Notes under the pieces: generated by a model
Told to the model about the DNA's origin: nothing
The model's input: only the letters and a program-made list of their open reading frames with translations
The model's database searches: none
Made by a program: the position numbers and the translations under genes
Part shown: in pieces, positions 63,041-64,000 of the stretch
Numbering within the stretch: position 1 is the first letter of the stretch
Layout: the number at the start of each line of letters is the position of its first letter
Assembly (NCBI RefSeq): GCF_001447785.1
Contig: NW_015175381.1
Location: forward strand, 514,312 to 578,311
Reading direction: 5' to 3'
Length of the DNA stretch: 64,000 bases
DNA from: Gekko japonicus
Lineage: Eukaryota

Positions 63041-63364
63041 CTACTAGATAAAATTAATAACTATTAAACAGTGCATTAAATAAACATATTTAAGCATTAT
63101 ATGTGTTGCTTTATTAATTGTGGCCAATTACACTTTGGCTGTTACTCATTGTCAAAAGTGGTGGGTCATGTTCCCTAAAAGTGGCTTCTTGAAGTCTTAA
63201 GATGTTTTTATCAGTATCATATTTCAGTTATGTTCCGTCCTTTCCATGTTATTTTATCACAGTCAAATCCAAGGTATTTGTCTTAGGAGGTACCAACCAT
63301 GTCAATGGTTTCCACTGAGTTTTATTACATCTGTTCTGAAACTGATTATAAGCAGGCCTGTCTT

Positions 63365-63480
63365 TAAGAATATAAGATTATAAGAAGAGAAGAGCCCCAG
63401 TGGATCAGGCCAATGGGCCATCTGGTCCAACATCCTTTTTCATACACCGGTCAACCAGTTGCCCTGAAGGGCCAAGAAAA
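63365..63480 (-). mobile_element. CR1 3' end
   Basis: Reverse complement of the terminus seen at 12340-12386. Confidence 0.65.
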
Positions 63481-64000
63481 AATGTCTTGAAGCCCATTTA
63501 TGGATACATTTGAGGACTAATTTATGGAGAGATGGGAGGGATAGACCCCAGTGATATCAAAATAAAAATTAATGGAAGAAAGCAGAAAAGTCTTCTCTGA
63601 CTTTAGCACAAAACACAATGAATAAATAATACAAGGCATATATCATTTGTACCTAATGTTTGTGAAAAGCAGTGATACCCAACAAGCAAATCAAACAATA
63701 AAACTGGCCATACTCCTATTAGCCCACATTTGCCTAGAATGTTTTTAAATCAAGCATCTAAGGAAAAAAATTAGATATCTTCTGAATCAGAATGTACATC
63801 AGTGTGGTTCCCTTTTCCAGAGGTTATGATCCTTCATAGAAATTAAAGCCGATACATAATGATAGCTTTGATATTTTCCCCCATTGGGATCATTCTCTAA
63901 TGAACAATGGAGCAGATTCTTAAAACATAGACTTTATATTTTTGTTAGGTTGCTATGAGCAGGTTACTGTCACCCACTGTGGGTTAGAGATGATAGTTAC

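Overview
Vertebrate genomic DNA from a squamate reptile, most likely a gecko (inferred from Squam3-like SINEs, BovB, CR1, L2 and abundant Blackjack-type MITEs). One 518-N assembly gap lies at 26313-26830. The only protein-coding gene I can support is the 3' half of IGSF5 (JAM4) on the minus strand, which the ORF track misses. Five phase-consistent GT-AG exons (63040-62912, 60262-60238, 54548-54433, 51310-51234, 32743-32648) splice to a transmembrane helix, a CCCRRRK stop-transfer, a SGNENYGYS motif and a C-terminal PDZ ligand RKIRNVTLV*. Most of the rest is transposon-derived: a full-length but internally deleted BovB LINE, two decayed Gypsy elements, solo LTRs, CR1/L2/Penelope remnants, tRNA- and 5S-derived SINEs, and hAT and PIF/Harbinger MITEs with visible TSDs. 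I found no clearly new biological system. The best leads are: (1) two in-phase candidate alternative last exons in the 18.5-kb final IGSF5 intron that would remove or replace the PDZ motif; (2) a BovB fragment at 7.2 kb that starts just before the deletion breakpoint of the BovB copy at 39.3 kb and is fused to a Gypsy integrase/LTR; (3) two templated-insertion repair scars; (4) a CpG-rich MITE carrying ETS/CRE/Sp1/NRF1 motifs; (5) a diverged 260-bp tandem repeat with a partial hammerhead-like core. All family and gene names come from recognition by eye, not database searches.
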